Positions 15,827 to 30,168 are shown, counted from the first letter of the stretch. The stretch: 64,000 nt of DNA from Bugula neritina (GCA_964035545.1 OZ037769.1:10942633-11006632); one strand, 5' to 3'. Notes: generated by a model from the sequence alone, not told the origin. Translations and numbers: made by a program.

Positions 15827-16822
15827 TTAGCTTGCACCTCCTGGAGGTAGCAAATAGCTTGTAGAATCGTCATTATCATCTTCCTTAGAACTCAGACTAG
15901 GGCTATGGCTCCTATCTTTCCTGGCATCACTATTAGTATTGCTGTGATCAGTCAGCGAGCTACTGCTGCCAATAATAAGGTTATCCGCTGATACACTCAT
16001 ACCACGTGATTTCCTCGGGGTATCAGGTGAATCATGCAGCATCTTGCGAGTGAAAGCTGAGGTTCCCTCCCCTTGCTCGCCACATGAATGCAGTCTGCGA
16101 CGTTTATCTCTGACAGGTCTAGGGGGAGTCTTGGAGTCACTGGCTAGAGGCGACTTGCCACGACTTCTGCCTCTGTAGTTCCTCAAGTCGATGTTGTGAA
16201 TAGTGTTTGAGTGTTTGTCATAAAGAGCTAGAGTAAAATTATGGCCAGTGGAGCTTTGTACACTTCGGGCAGCACTAGCCAGACCCTTCGGTAGTCTGAC
16301 AATCACTTGCTGACCTGAGGCATCCGGTCTTTTAGTCTCGTTTACTCGGTTAACTTGGAATACTCTCTTTCCGGAGAAAATTTTCTGGGTGGAATTGGAG
16401 TCATCACTACAGCCAGGGGGGTCGCACTCTACACCACTGCTAGACCCCCTGTGGGCACTGTTCCAGGGCGTATTCTCATCCTTATCTCCCAATATGGCCG
16501 TCACACTGTTGACGGTCAGATCTGCGGCATCTACTCCGAAAGGGTCGTAATATTCCTTCTTGCCTTTGCCTTTAGCGCTGCTCTTAGCCTCCTCTATTTC
16601 CACACCATGTCTCCTAGCTTTATGAAGTACACATGTCTTTCTGTATATGATGTAGACAATGGCACATACAAGTAGAACTCCGCCCACCACAACCACAGAG
16701 GAGATTATCTTCAACTGTTTATACTTGTCCACATGTGCCAGCTGAGTTGTGGTGAGAAAACCCACTTCATCTGTGGAGTTCAATGCATTGAGAGTAGAGT
16801 TTGCATCATCCATGTTCACCAC
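15827..16822 (-). CDS. 331-aa single-pass membrane protein, probably type III (no signal peptide), with a disordered S/R/D-rich tail; uncharacterised
   Basis: Uninterrupted ORF that is GC-richer than its flanks. Short N-terminus with two NST sequons, hydrophobic IISSVVVVGGVLLVCAIVYII followed by basic YRK. Splice acceptor upstream at about 16923. Confidence 0.8.
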   Translation of the reverse strand: MVNMDDANSTLNALNSTDEVGFLTTTQLAHVDKYKQLKIISSVVVVGGVLLVCAIVYIIYRKTCVLHKARRHGVEIEEAKSSAKGKGKKEYYDPFGVDAADLTVNSVTAILGDKDENTPWNSAHRGSSSGVECDPPGCSDDSNSTQKIFSGKRVFQVNRVNETKRPDASGQQVIVRLPKGLASAARSVQSSTGHNFTLALYDKHSNTIHNIDLRNYRGRSRGKSPLASDSKTPPRPVRDKRRRLHSCGEQGEGTSAFTRKMLHDSPDTPRKSRGMSVSADNLIIGSSSSLTDHSNTNSDARKDRSHSPSLSSKEDDNDDSTSYLLPPGGAS

Positions 16823-17304
16823 GAAATCTCCCAGGGTTTGTTTTCTTCATGAGTGGGTGATAAGGTATAGGGTGAGGTATAAAGTGGCCACTTGCCTCAA
16901 CCTCCTTCTGTATACACACAACCTAGAATATAACAGATACATTACTCCTAGATAGGGACACACAGAGGTATGAATATCAAAGTTGAGGTTACTAAGCTAT
17001 TGCTTAGAAGAAATTGTGAGTTATAAACCACCAATTAATTTTTTCTTTCACGGAGATGCCTGATACGAATTGATAAATGGGAAAGTAACTCTTTCTAAAC
17101 ATGATATGTTGGTTACCACACAATAACAGTAAACACAATAACAAGTAGGCCTACAACTAAACTATTTCAGTAAACAAAACAACAGTGTACGACTAAACCA
17201 CGCTAGTTCACCTTATTCCGGGAAGTTTTACCCGTTACAACAATGTAACTATTCATTCATTTGCTAACAAATAAATTCAATTGAGTTACTTTGGGCAATC
17301 ACAG

Positions 17305-17645
17305 TAGTATATAGTAATATAGAGACTAGTATAATGTATAGTATAATATAGTAATATAGGGACTAGTATAATGTATAGTATAATATAGTAATATAGAGAC
17401 TAGTATAATGTATAGTATAATATAGTAATATAGGGACTAGTATAATGTACAGTATAATATAGTAATATAGAGACTAGTATAATGTATAGTATAATATAGT
17501 AATATAGAGACTAGTATAATGTATAGTATAATATAGTAATATAGAGACCAGTATAATGTATAGTATAATATAGTAATATAGAGACTAGTATAATGTATAG
17601 TATAATATAGTAATATAGAGACTAGTATAATGTATAGTATATATA
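17305..17645. repeat. 37-bp minisatellite
   Basis: Unit AGTAATATAGAGACTAGTATAATGTATAGTATAATAT, about 9 copies. Confidence 0.95.
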
Positions 17646-20600
17646 CTACTGTCTACTGCATAGCTTATAGATAAGGCAATTCAATAGAGCATGAAAATTT
17701 ACAAGCTATTTCGACATTGAGGAAAACAAAATTTATGGAAAATACATTTCCCAAAATAAAATGTTATTGGAATGTTGATGACTTCTCAACCATGCTACCA
17801 GTTCTATGATGCAATACCTATTAATTGATGGGTGATGACACACACACCCATCTACTGACACTATTGCAGAGTAAATCACAGTGTCAGGGCGTGATATTAC
17901 CCAGTCAACTTGTCATTCCTATTTCTCCCACTTGAGATAGAGAAGCTGGAAATGGCCGTTTGGCTTTCGTCTTTGGTGCTGGCAAAAATCAACCCGCACA
18001 AATGGCCATTTCCCAGGGAGTTGAACTAATGGCACCATGGAATGGATACAGCCAAAAAATTAATAGCAGTTTAATAGAAATCAAATTGGATTGATAAGCA
18101 TTTCAAAATAACTAATTGTCAGAGACATGGGTATCATGGATGACAATTTGATAGCTAAACATATTGATATGGCTCTTGCAAGTAAATTGCTTTGATGATC
18201 ATTTGAAAGTACTCAGAACTATGCAAACAAGTACAGCTTCTAACCTATTTCCTCCAGTGTCGAAGTTACATTTGACGTTATTTCAACCAAAATTATTGTA
18301 TACACATATTGTAACATAACTTGATATAGCACTTGTGATTCTTATAGATTCACCTTTAAAACTGCCATGCAGTCTAAATAGAGACCTGGATTTATTGGCA
18401 ATAATAAATCATAATTTTGTGAATTCAGTGTAGTTTAATGGATATTGCACAGTTGGCAGTTGAACAGAAATTTACTCAACCCTATTGCAAATGCTAAAAA
18501 GTAAAGCTAAAGCTGATAGAAAGGAAAATAATATTCATGAAAGTCTATCTAGATTTGAAAGAGGTGGTAAATAAAGTAATGGCAGCAAACTGCCCGTTAT
18601 ACTAAGCTGTGGGACAGACACACTTGGTACCACCATTCAATAGCGGGATAATTTTAGCCAGGCTGAATTTAAATGGCAAAGCTTTAATCATGGAAACCCA
18701 TAGCATGCTGAACTAATTTATGATAATGAGGTTAATATATGTCAGGATGATGGTCAGTTGATTTATTATGTACAAGCCATAGAGTGGAGGATAGCATATA
18801 ACTTGTTAACCAAAAGCTGCTCAAATACACCTAAACTCTTGGGAGAAGTTTATTGTGGTAACAAATATTTCTAACCAGTGGCTGATAAAAATACAGACTC
18901 TTGATAGAAAAGATCTGCAGCCAGGAATATATTTTACTTTAATCTTACTGCAGAATGGGTTTTACAAAAATAAGTTGTGTAATCTATCAATACTGTCAAT
19001 ATAATACCTATATTCTAGCTGTTATATATAAATTATACCAGAGACAATGCCATTATCATACTGGCTCTTGGGTCCCTGTAAGTCTACTCATTTAAAACAA
19101 AACCTTGTAGTAGAAGTGCCTTAATACAGAGAACACCAGAAAACACCTATTTCAATACATGTCAAGTATAACCATATAGTAATACTGGGATTAATTAATA
19201 TGGGTAGTTATAAAGAAAGGAGATTACAAGGCCTGAAGTTAGTACAGCTGCAAGACCTACTAGTTTCCCACATGGCCTTACTCCTTAAAAAGGGTCCCTA
19301 CTGAAGCATTCTCTTAAATTCACTGCAAAGTGTGGCAAACAAGATTACAGGCTAGGCTGATCAACAGCTGTTACATAAGCAACAATTGAATTAGTAATCT
19401 AAATTCTGCTGCATAATCTATTGAAGAAATTAATTGAGCAAATTAGTGTGATAAAATCAGCTCTAATTGAATAAATTTTAAAAAGAAATCAAGAATGCTA
19501 GCAAATAACATTTGCTTAATCCTGATGAGATATGTCTATCAAGGAGAAAATTGTTTTAAAGTATGGTGATAATTTTATGACAATTATTCTGAACGTGAAT
19601 GTAACATAATTCAGTAGCCTTTTTAATCAGTTTCCTTTATGGAAGACTGTAAAGCTTATCTTCCTAGTGAATGGAAAGCATAGAAATCTAGACTACTACA
19701 GCTGACTGCCTTCACATAACCGAACTTTGCTCACATATCCAATGCTAATCTTATCAGTTCATCAACAGAAAAAGATCAAACACGTGATTTATAGCTCAAT
19801 TACGTCTTAGTTTCTCCTGGCAAACAGCCAGTAGAGCAGCAGGCTTGATATTGATACAAGTTTGTGTTCCAATAAAATCCTTTTAGCTGTAGACCACTTG
19901 GCATTATGGTGATCATTAGCAACAAGCCATTCTCATTCCACTGCCATATGGACAGCTAATGGCAGAGACTAGCACCAACAACCTTCATAAGTCTCAACTA
20001 TATGAGCTGCTCTTTATATTATATTCAATAGTGCAATGAGTAGTGGATTTGACCACCAAAATTTTGAAAAGTTTATAACCTTATAATAATTACGGCTGAT
20101 GTAATGTTGGCGTAGGTACTAAAAGCAGTCACTACAGGTAACAGGATGCAAGAAGTTCCCTATGACAACATTACCTACTTCCACTGTACCTACTTGATTA
20201 ATAAGATGTATAGCAACTATTCAAGCAAATTCTTAGATAGACTGCAGAACATCTCAGCCACCGGTTTCCAATAAACGGAGACCAAAGTGCCAAACCTTTA
20301 ACCTTTTCCTAACATAGGTGCAAGTTCTAGAAGCTTGATAGCTCTAGCTGGCTTAGGAACTGCTCAAAATTTGTATCTGGAGTTCTTTTAAAACACATTG
20401 TTGAAATTATTATATGATAAATTTCTATAAAAAATATTACAGAATAGAACTTGTTTGACTAAATTAGCTATTGAGATGTAATATTCAGCCATATTTAAAT
20501 ATGTTTATATCATGTAGGAGATTAGATTCTGAACTCTGATAAATAAATAAACTCAAATAATTTAATTCTCAGTTTCATTGAATACACTGGTATATTTTGT

Positions 20601-23600
20601 AGTGAAGGGTCAGTTTTTAAACCAAAAAAGCTGAGTTGTAAATAGGTAAGTTAAGGTACCAGTAATATCAAGGTACTGCTTAGATTTGTTCTAGAGTTTC
20701 AGGTAGTATATATTCAATTAGTTATTAATAAATATATTATATGTTTTCCTTACACAAGCCATTAAAAATGATACTAATGCAGAGAATAGTACAGTGCTTC
20801 CTCCATATCTCACTAAGCTACACAACACCAAATTCGTGACATAGTAGAGTACCAGATTCAACTCATTGATCCAATAAATTCTATTTTGTCCCTATACAAA
20901 CATATGTATATAAACCCCAAAAGGGAGCTCAGGCGGTTTTGGTGACCTATAGAATTCCATAAGAAAGGGATCTGTGAGCTATAGAGGGAGCACTGTATAT
21001 AATTAAAACATGGAGATGTATGTTATTACTGAAATTATTTAAGGTAAAAAAGAGTGAACATGAAGCTACTGATATATTATCGACCAAAAAATGATTGGTA
21101 CTCAAAGATTTTGAATGAAGTAAACCATCTCAAGTATAAGGGTATATAACTATACTAACCCAGCGGCCAGTATCAGATATAATAAACTGGGCCCAGTATA
21201 ACATTAACTGGGGGATTGCACTGATGACAGACTACTAAGAAAACATGAAGGTATGCTCTATTTACAAGGTTAAAGTCTACAGATAGTCACAGTGAACCAC
21301 TATATTTTATAACTGGATTATTCTAGCTGTAACTAGTTACAAATACTAACAAAGTGATGGAGACTAAAATTAGTTTTTTGCACCAACTAGTCTCCCAAAT
21401 CTTATAATTGATTGAGAAACAATGAGGGTAATATCCTAGTCCACCAGCGAAAAATATCACTGACCTAATCTATTGTCTACCAGCTTCAAAGAACAATGGT
21501 TGGTCTCTACAGTCCCCAGTACTGTTGTCAGTCACTACAAGCAGTAGTCCAACCATAGTGAACTATCCAAAGGAATCTGGAATCATTACTTCCACGAATT
21601 AGTTTCTAAGTCATTAAATCTGAACTAATTTTCCAAATAGGATATGCACTCACAAAAAACTATTTGAAGTCATTTAATCACATAAAAATTAAATAGGACA
21701 ACTTAGTTACTAGAAGTACTTTCTTTAATTGCAAAATAATTTTCAAAACAAATTAACTGAAGACATTACATACAGCTGCCCAGGTTTTAATAAAATATCG
21801 TTTACCTAATGATTTATATCCCGTTGTTAGCTGATATAGTTTAAAATTAATTCGTGTTAGTTGATAGAAACCTAAGCTTGTTGTTGGGTCAAGTGTCAGT
21901 ATTGAACAGATATAGTCTATATACTAAAGTCTACAGATTTTAATCAGAATATTAACTGTTGCTTTTACAACTACAAATTCTTATATTTCTTACAAGTACA
22001 CATTTTTTCAATTTCAACTTTAACATGGGGTTATGAGATATTCTTGCCAACAAATGAAACAGACCTGTCAAGTATATCACCGTAAATTATGCCATCACTA
22101 TAGGATTATTCACTAAAACTTCAAGCTGACAGTTGCAACCTATTGTAAAAATCTTCAGTAAGCATTTTATTCAACTTGATAATAGATTGGTAGTAGAGTA
22201 AAGAAAATTCCATTAGTTGCAGTAATTTGTTGTGAGAAATGGTTTGCTAGAAATAGACTCAGTAATTTTAGAAAGAAGAATTAGTTCAAAATCTAAACAT
22301 CAAAACAGTGCCATTCTTCATGCTTATTTGCATTAGAAATTACCACACACATAGAATTTACATTTTTAATTTATCATTCTTTATAGTTTATATGGTTTCT
22401 GTACACTCCTGCCAGTATATATGGTCAATTGATTAATGATAATTAGCTAGCAAAAAAATTGAAGGAGAAACTACTTTTTATAATCAAATTAAATTATGTT
22501 TACTGGTTAAATTATTTCTGAGCCTAATTTCCTTTTTTTTGAGCAGAATAACAAATAAATTATAGCTTTAGTTAAATGCTAAAACTGGTTTATTTTGACT
22601 TTGTTTATCATTAAATATTCATTAGAGACCACAACATTTATTTTCCACAGATTCCACAGGCAGTGAGTGATTCACCATTTCAAGATCTTCTGCCGCCTAG
22701 AACTTATCTTGTATTATTAGGAGACTTACTGATTCTAACCAACATAATAAACACAACAGAAGATTACTGTCCTTATAGTAGCAGGGCCTAGTTATTGCAA
22801 CAATTATATACATATATAATAACATTAATTTTTTAATCCAGTTAGCTCAAGCTCTACCTAACAGAAAGTGGCAAGCCTTGGGCAGGCATATAGATCTAGG
22901 TAGCATCACCTGACATTAGTCACATTATCTAATTCATGTCATTACTCAATATAATGTTATCTTGAGAAATTCCACGTACTGTAATTGTGAAAAGTGTACC
23001 AAATATTGAATAATATAAAAACCAACAACCTCTTTGGCACTTTTGACTAGCAACAAACTAATTCATCAAATGCGAGCTACAATTTGTCAACTGTTAAGCT
23101 AGAAGATCAATCATTAGTGTAATGGCCATTGCACACTAATAAGAGTCTATTCCAGCTACTGGACTGACTTGCTGAGATCATTAATAATTGGTCTAGACAA
23201 AACAATTGATTTACCTGGCTTGCTATATGTTATGGAAATTTTGACAAGTAAAATCTAAATTTATCTAATTTCATCACCTCATACTTACATACACAATCTT
23301 GACAGCAATTTTCTAATTAATTCCGCTATTCATAAATTGTATGCACTCAAACCCTCAACTTTCAACTCCTAATGGACTTATTGCTGACATCAATACTTGC
23401 TACAGTTATGGTTAATGCAGTAGCTATGGTTATTCCAATTTCAAGGCTTCACTCAGTCTCATCCATGTGAGAAGAAAGTTATAGTTTGGTTGAGTCACTT
23501 GTGATTGCCTCCACTAATTTTTCAGAGATTTAATTGTTGGAAATTATCATTTTTACTGAGTTATTAAGTTACAATATAAATCTGAAAGTAAAAGGCTGAA

Positions 23601-24017
23601 TTAGTACTACTACTTTGCCTTTTGGATTTATAACAACTTCTAGTACTAATACTTAAACTACCACTAATAGCAGCACAGCTATCGCTATGGCTCCTCCTGA
23701 TACTAACACCGTGTGCATAATACTAAATGCAAAATATACAGGCAAAGCTGCAGGTGTTAATCAGTGGCAAAACTTTAAATACAATTACTGGTATTAAAGT
23801 AAAAATAATGGGTGGTTATGTTTAACAAAAACTTAGCCTTTATAGTTTATACTAAAGTACAATATGAATCTGACCTAACACTAGTGTTCAGATGAGTTTG
23901 AATGATAAAAACCACCATAACATTGTGATTCAAAGACAATCGCTGCAATGATGAAAATCAGATTTAACATCAGTTGCAAAAACAGTATAATTATGACTAT
24001 CACTATGAACAGGACAA

Positions 24018-24169
24018 AGGGAGCAGCTTAGTGAGCATGAAGTCATGGTTTCGAACTCCGCAATGGCGATTGGTGATGTTAGGAAGAGCATCCAGGCCAT
24101 AATTGCTCACAAAAACCCTTTTCTTCAAGGGGTTTCTCCCAGGAATGGTGACTATAAACTTGCGTGAGT
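24018..24169 (+). mobile_element. Internally deleted copy of the tRNA-derived SINE
   Basis: Shares the GGGAGCAGC start, B-box-like GTTTCGAACTC, ATTGGTGATGTTAGGAAGAGCATCCAG core and GACTATAAACTT...TGAGT tail with 7179-7392. Confidence 0.8.
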
Positions 24170-27100
24170 TATAACTATAAGCAGGAAACTAACTAGTCGT
24201 TGTAATACTAAGACTTACCAAGATCATGTGGTTGACCATCACAATGATTCATTTAATGATAAATAATAACTACAATTGGATAGGATGACCAAATTTCAGT
24301 CAGATACAAGAACATGGCAGTGTGGTTGACTATAGAGTATGGATTATTGCCAACAACCAATTTAACCTGGTAGAAAATCATTTGGTAGAAGAGGAGGGTC
24401 AATCCGAAACTCCTTAAATTTTAACACAGACTGCTGTTTCCCAAAGGCATGTTTTATTGTTTACTGTGCAGTCATTTTAGTCAAATCAAAATTGTGATTG
24501 ATATTTATATCAAATAAGTAATAGTAGCAGTTTTTCATCATATTGATGTTCATAACGATATGATCATCACATTAAAACCATATTCAAAAGCTAATGATTT
24601 ATATTTAATTAATTACTATCTACTACTACTAGTAATTACATATTTAAATTTTGAAGTGATACTTATAGTTATTAGTTATACTTATACTGATAATCATAAT
24701 GCTAATGATATTCATACTGATCCTGATACTCGAACTCGTACTGCATACTGATACAGTGAACGTGATACACTTACAGTTATACGCAGAGTCACTCACTACT
24801 TTGAGTTTGACCACCTTCTACTAGTACTACTACTAGTGAGTACTACTACTACAAGTACTAGTAGTAGTAGTAGTACTAGCACTAGGCCTAGCAGTAAGTC
24901 AAAGTGTAACTTAGTTATACTTATAGTACTGTATCTTTGGTTTTACTGCTAGAGTCTAGTATTACTATTACCATTAGCAGCATTATTAATATTACTATTA
25001 GTACACATAATGATAATACTAGTAGTAATACTCTAGATTCTAGTGATAACAGAAATTATACTATAGTTATACTTATAATATAAGTATAACTATAAGACTA
25101 TAACTATAAGTATAAATTAATGTATTACTATTAGTATAACTAGAAGTATAAGTATTACTATAACTATTACTATAACTATTACTATTAGTATTAGTATTAC
25201 TATTAGTATTACTAATTTAGTATAATATCACTATAAGTATAACATTTATTGTTTATTTAAATATATTATTTTTTAATTTATTTTTAAAATTGATGAATTT
25301 TCAACTATTATTTCATCTTAAAGATTATTATTATCAAACTCAAAATAAAACTCAAAGTGAAAGTCAAACTGACTAACAACATTAATTTACAATCTTAATT
25401 TAGTGACTGTGATCAATATGAATATACAAGCATCATTTAACACGATCTACCTTAATTGATCCAACTGACGTTTTTACAGTAACGGCTTTAAAAAGTTTAG
25501 CTTATAAGTTATATGACAATAAAGGACAAGGTATAATTCGCACGTCCACCACAATGGTCTTGTAAATTACAAATAATAATTGAAGAGCGTGCGTCAGTTA
25601 CCGCTAATAAAACAGCACCCAATGACCTGTTGATCGCAAAGTGATTGGCTAAAGACCCAATTTCGCATAGCTGTCGAAACTTTATCTCCCAGAAAATTAT
25701 ATAAGGTTTACCGGTGCGATAACGACGCAAATCAGTCTCAAACTTGCAGACAACTTTGTAGTTTGTTCTAAAAATGCATAGCCGAAGTCAATTATTGTAC
25801 TGTTAGAGCTAAAACTTTAAAGATTTCAATTGAAAGTTTGATTAAATAAAAATTTCGTAAATCACAAAATCAATTTACTCTATGATGTAGTTATTATCAT
25901 TCTTTTGATGAGAAAAAGGGAAAGAACTTTCAGTAATTAGTCTTTTCTAACAGATGGGGTGGAGAGATACTATTGTAAGCCCATAGCTTTTTCATATTCC
26001 TATAATCAAATACTGCCTTTCCGTAAAATGATGGTAAACATAATATATTATAAAATACAATGTGAGCCTACAAAAAATATATATTGCAGGTCAAGACTCC
26101 TAAATCGGAGTTAAAAGAAATTATATCAGGTTAAAGACCTAAATGACAGGTTTCTTGACTAGCTTCAATAGAATGCTACCTCATCATAATAATATATGCT
26201 CTAAATTTGCACCTCCAAATATTTAACAGATTGTATAATTTCAAACTTACATGATCTTCCACCTGTTAGATTGTTATGCTATTTTAGAGTAATAGAGGAA
26301 AATTTGATATAAACTAGGTAGGTAATAACAGACCAGTATAAGAAGTATAATTTAGGTACTAAGAAGTCAATTGACTAAAATGTACTTGAAACTGTTTATT
26401 GAAGGCTAGTAATGATTAAATGTTTGTTTTTGTTTTAAACATTGTAGAAATCTGGGAATTATTTTGGAATTGCTATTACAAAAATAACCATTTGCATCAT
26501 CCAACATAATGATTACCTAATTTGGCATACATTTGTATATTTTATATTAGCTTTAAGTAGCATCATATTATATGCTCTGATACTTTACAAACTGGAAAAA
26601 ATCATCTCTTTATTATAGTTTATAGTTTAGGCTACCAGAGTAAGCGGACATATGCAGACTAGATATTGAGTGAGAGAGCAGCCTAACAAGCAGGGGGCAT
26701 AACTCTTCATCCTTGATTTTGATACAAACTAAAAGAACAAGTATTTTAGCATAATATTATACAATATCATATTATATTATATATTACAATATTATGGTAT
26801 ATAACATTGTAATATACAATACTGTATAATACAATGTCATAATATTATATTATACTATTTGAAAAAATATTGTACTTCACGCATCTGCTCAGATTAAGTA
26901 CTTCTATAAGCCTCTGTTATTTTTATTATTTTTAGTATTATGTAGCATAAACAAAATTGTATAATTAATAAAAAGATTTATAACTCTACACTTCCAAGCA
27001 ACTATGACTTAACCTTGCTCTTCAAAAACAAAATTAAAAGGTTAAATAGATTGAAAACACTAGCATACCAACTGTGCCTTGAACATGCTCTGGCTGTTGC

Positions 27101-27580
27101 AAAATGTCTACTTTTCCTTAACCTTTACAAAACCCTGGCAACCAGTTTTGCTGGTTAATATCATGTATTAGGCAAGCAAGTAAATAGTAACAAGAATGAT
27201 GTCTTCTATGTTTATATATAACTATAGGTTTGAGTTTTAACTGCTGCATGAATTCTGCTGTAAAGGTTTACTGTTTAAAAGAGTATTGCAGAAGGCTATG
27301 AGTGAGCTAGTAGGACAAACCAGGGTAACTTATAGGTATAACCTGCATACCACTCAGCCATATACTCTTTTTTATACATATAGATGGATCTGTACACATC
27401 AATGCACGCAGAGAGCTGCATGGAGGTTAAGAGTATAGCATAGTCTAACTTGCATGTTGTCGTAATCTAAACATGGGTTGAGATGAGAATTTCACCATAT
27501 GGTTTTGCTAATCTAGTTCACATTTACCATTACTTCCTTTCATAGTTTACCAGTTAAATTTCTGTCTCTTACTAAGCAAC

Positions 27581-29279
27581 ATGTTAAAACTTCTACTTCT
27601 AGTTTCCTCTTTGGTAGCTGGCTCTTATGCCATAGCCTGCGTTCCAGAGATGTGCAACAGCATTGACCAACCTGAACTCAACTGCAATGGTGACGTAATA
27701 AAGAACGGAGGTTTCTGTGGCTGTACTGATATTTGTGCTGGTGTAAGTATCAATATTTGGGTTCATTCATTTTACTGCTGAGCATTTTTATATAATAGCA
27801 GAAAAAATTGTGTACTTGAAAATATGTTAATGCCTTTCTAAAGCAGTATCTACTGTTACCGGGAATAACCAGAACAATGTTGCATTAAGGTGGAAGGTGA
27901 CCCATGTGTGTTGCCTGAAGACAACTCCATCCTCTTGCTTGGAATTCCCCGCGGAGTACCCTGCAGTCAAGGACATGAGTGTACTAAGGCCGCTTATGGT
28001 GATGTCAACCACTTGAAGCCTCTCCTGACCTCTGGCAGTGGTGTCTGTAAAAAAACCTTTGAAGTATCAACAACACGTAAGTTCTGCTTCAAGTTTTGGG
28101 TCTAGGATTGAAAACACAATTTGTAGAAGCAATTGAAAATTAGGAAGGGGCAAACACTTTTCATGTAAACATGTTGTGTATCAATTGGAAGTTTCTGTTT
28201 TACTGCCAACAAATCTATTTGGAATTTCTTTCCCATATCATTACCCAAATTATCATGCACTTTACTATTTATACCTAAATTATATGATTCATCATTACCT
28301 AAATTCTTTAGTTTGTCATTATTTAAATTATATAATATACTTTTACCTAAATTATGTTGTAATTTACCATTATCTTTAGATTACATTATACTATATCATA
28401 ACCCAAATACCCTTCAATATAAATTATAATTCACAATAAATATCTGCCATGGCTCATAATTAATTAAGAAGGCAACTTTTTCTCTGTAATATGGATAATA
28501 ACAATAGCATAAACCCAGCATATTATGTTGCAGCCAGGCCTCTCTCTCAGTGTGAACAGACTAGAAGAGTTCGAATGATCTCCTTTGCCATCTGGAGAGG
28601 ACAATGGACCCCAAAGTGCAATGCCGATGGTACTTACCAACCCAAGCAGTGTGACAACACAGGTAAATAGATCTTGTGTATATCCTGCATATGGTAAGGT
28701 CAAGGTAAACAGATGGTAAGGTCAAGGTAAATAGATGTTGTGTATAACATATATATGGTAAGGTTAAGGTCCGTGAATACCATATAGGTGCTTGCAATAC
28801 TATACAATATTCAATAGCTTTTCAGTATTTTGAATATTTGAAAATGCATAAATTAAAAATTAATACAACTGTATAACGTTAAGACTTCTAATTCAATCAA
28901 GGTTGAATTAGAGGGCAATATTTTCAAGAACTCATAAACTTTTAACAATAATAGTCTGTAAACCCCAAATAATTTCATTATAATGCTTTACAAAAAAAAT
29001 TGTTATAAAAGTTTTTTACAAAAATACATACATACATACCTAGTCACACTAGTCTAGTAAATAAAAATATAGAATATGACATATAAATATATATTGTATT
29101 AGTATTAATCTGTTGTATTTAATTTCCGTGATACAATATATAAAATACTATTGTTTAATTATTAGAATAAATGTTTCAACTTTTATTATCTCCCCACAGG
29201 TGCCTGCTTCTGTGTGACTGCAAATGAAGGCAAAGTGTTGGAGGAAACCAAGCGAAACTCCCAAAACGTTTCATGTTAA
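27581..29279 (+). CDS. Secreted IGFBP-like protein: signal peptide, IGFBP N-terminal Cys domain, thyroglobulin type-1 domain (185 aa)
   Basis: Exons 27581-27742, 27890-28076, 28534-28662, 29200-29279 with consistent phases. Signal MLKLLLLVSSLVAGSYA; GGFCGCTDICAGVEGDPC...CSQGHEC resembles the IGFBP GCGCCxxC motif; WTPKCNADGTYQPKQCDNTGACFCV is a typical thyroglobulin type-1 repeat. Confidence 0.85.
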
Positions 29280-29939
29280 GGGTGGGATACGAAAGCTCCC
29301 GCCTTGCACAAATATAATGCCATTATATTTTCAAGGGAGAAACTAATATGAAAATTCAACAAGTGAAAGAATTCTATCAATAAAACTTTGTTATAATTGC
29401 CATCAGGTACAGGGTAATGGTTGCTCGCCCATACTATTGGCCTGTCAAATGAGCCTGTGAAATATAAAGCTAGGTCATAAAATAATGTCCAAGTAGCACA
29501 TAGCAACATCATAATAGCATACAAGAGGATTGGAGTAAGTTTCAATTCAGTGGTTGGAGGCAGACTCTCACATGAGAAGACAAATCAGTAGAAGTACAAA
29601 TCAAGCATTTATTAATAAAATAAAAATTGAGTTAACATACAGAATTAAGAAAATAATATGCTAATATTATGAGTCCACAGCACAGCCTTATACTATACTG
29701 AAACAGGAAATGGTAGAAAAACTTTCACACAACCAAAAAAAGTGTGCATAACAAATATCCAGTGAGCAATAAAAAAGTAACAATCACCAACTATAATTAT
29801 CACAATTGTAATATAATTATATTCAATATAAAATGCAGAATATTAAGTAAAATAAGAATGTAATGATGAAGGGCTTGATTGATGAATTGGGATATTATCA
29901 GCATAGGAAGCACCAAAAGCATACACAAACTCTTTTAGC

Positions 29940-30168
29940 TTTAGCAACTAATGTTAAATTAAACATTTTACCAACAAGGAACTACTGCTAAGCTGAATGT
30001 TTTACCATTAAGGAACTACTGCTAAGCTGAATATTTTACCATTAAGGAACTACTGCTAAGCTGAACATTTTGCCAATAAGGAACTACTGCTAAGCTGAAC
30101 ATTTTGCCAATAAGGAACTACTGCTAAGCTGAACATTTTGCCAATAAGGAACTAATGTTAAGTTAAAC
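29940..30168. repeat. 34-bp minisatellite in the probable SNX17 3' UTR
   Basis: Unit AAGGAACTACTGCTAAGCTGAACATTTTGCCAAT, about 6 copies. Confidence 0.9.
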
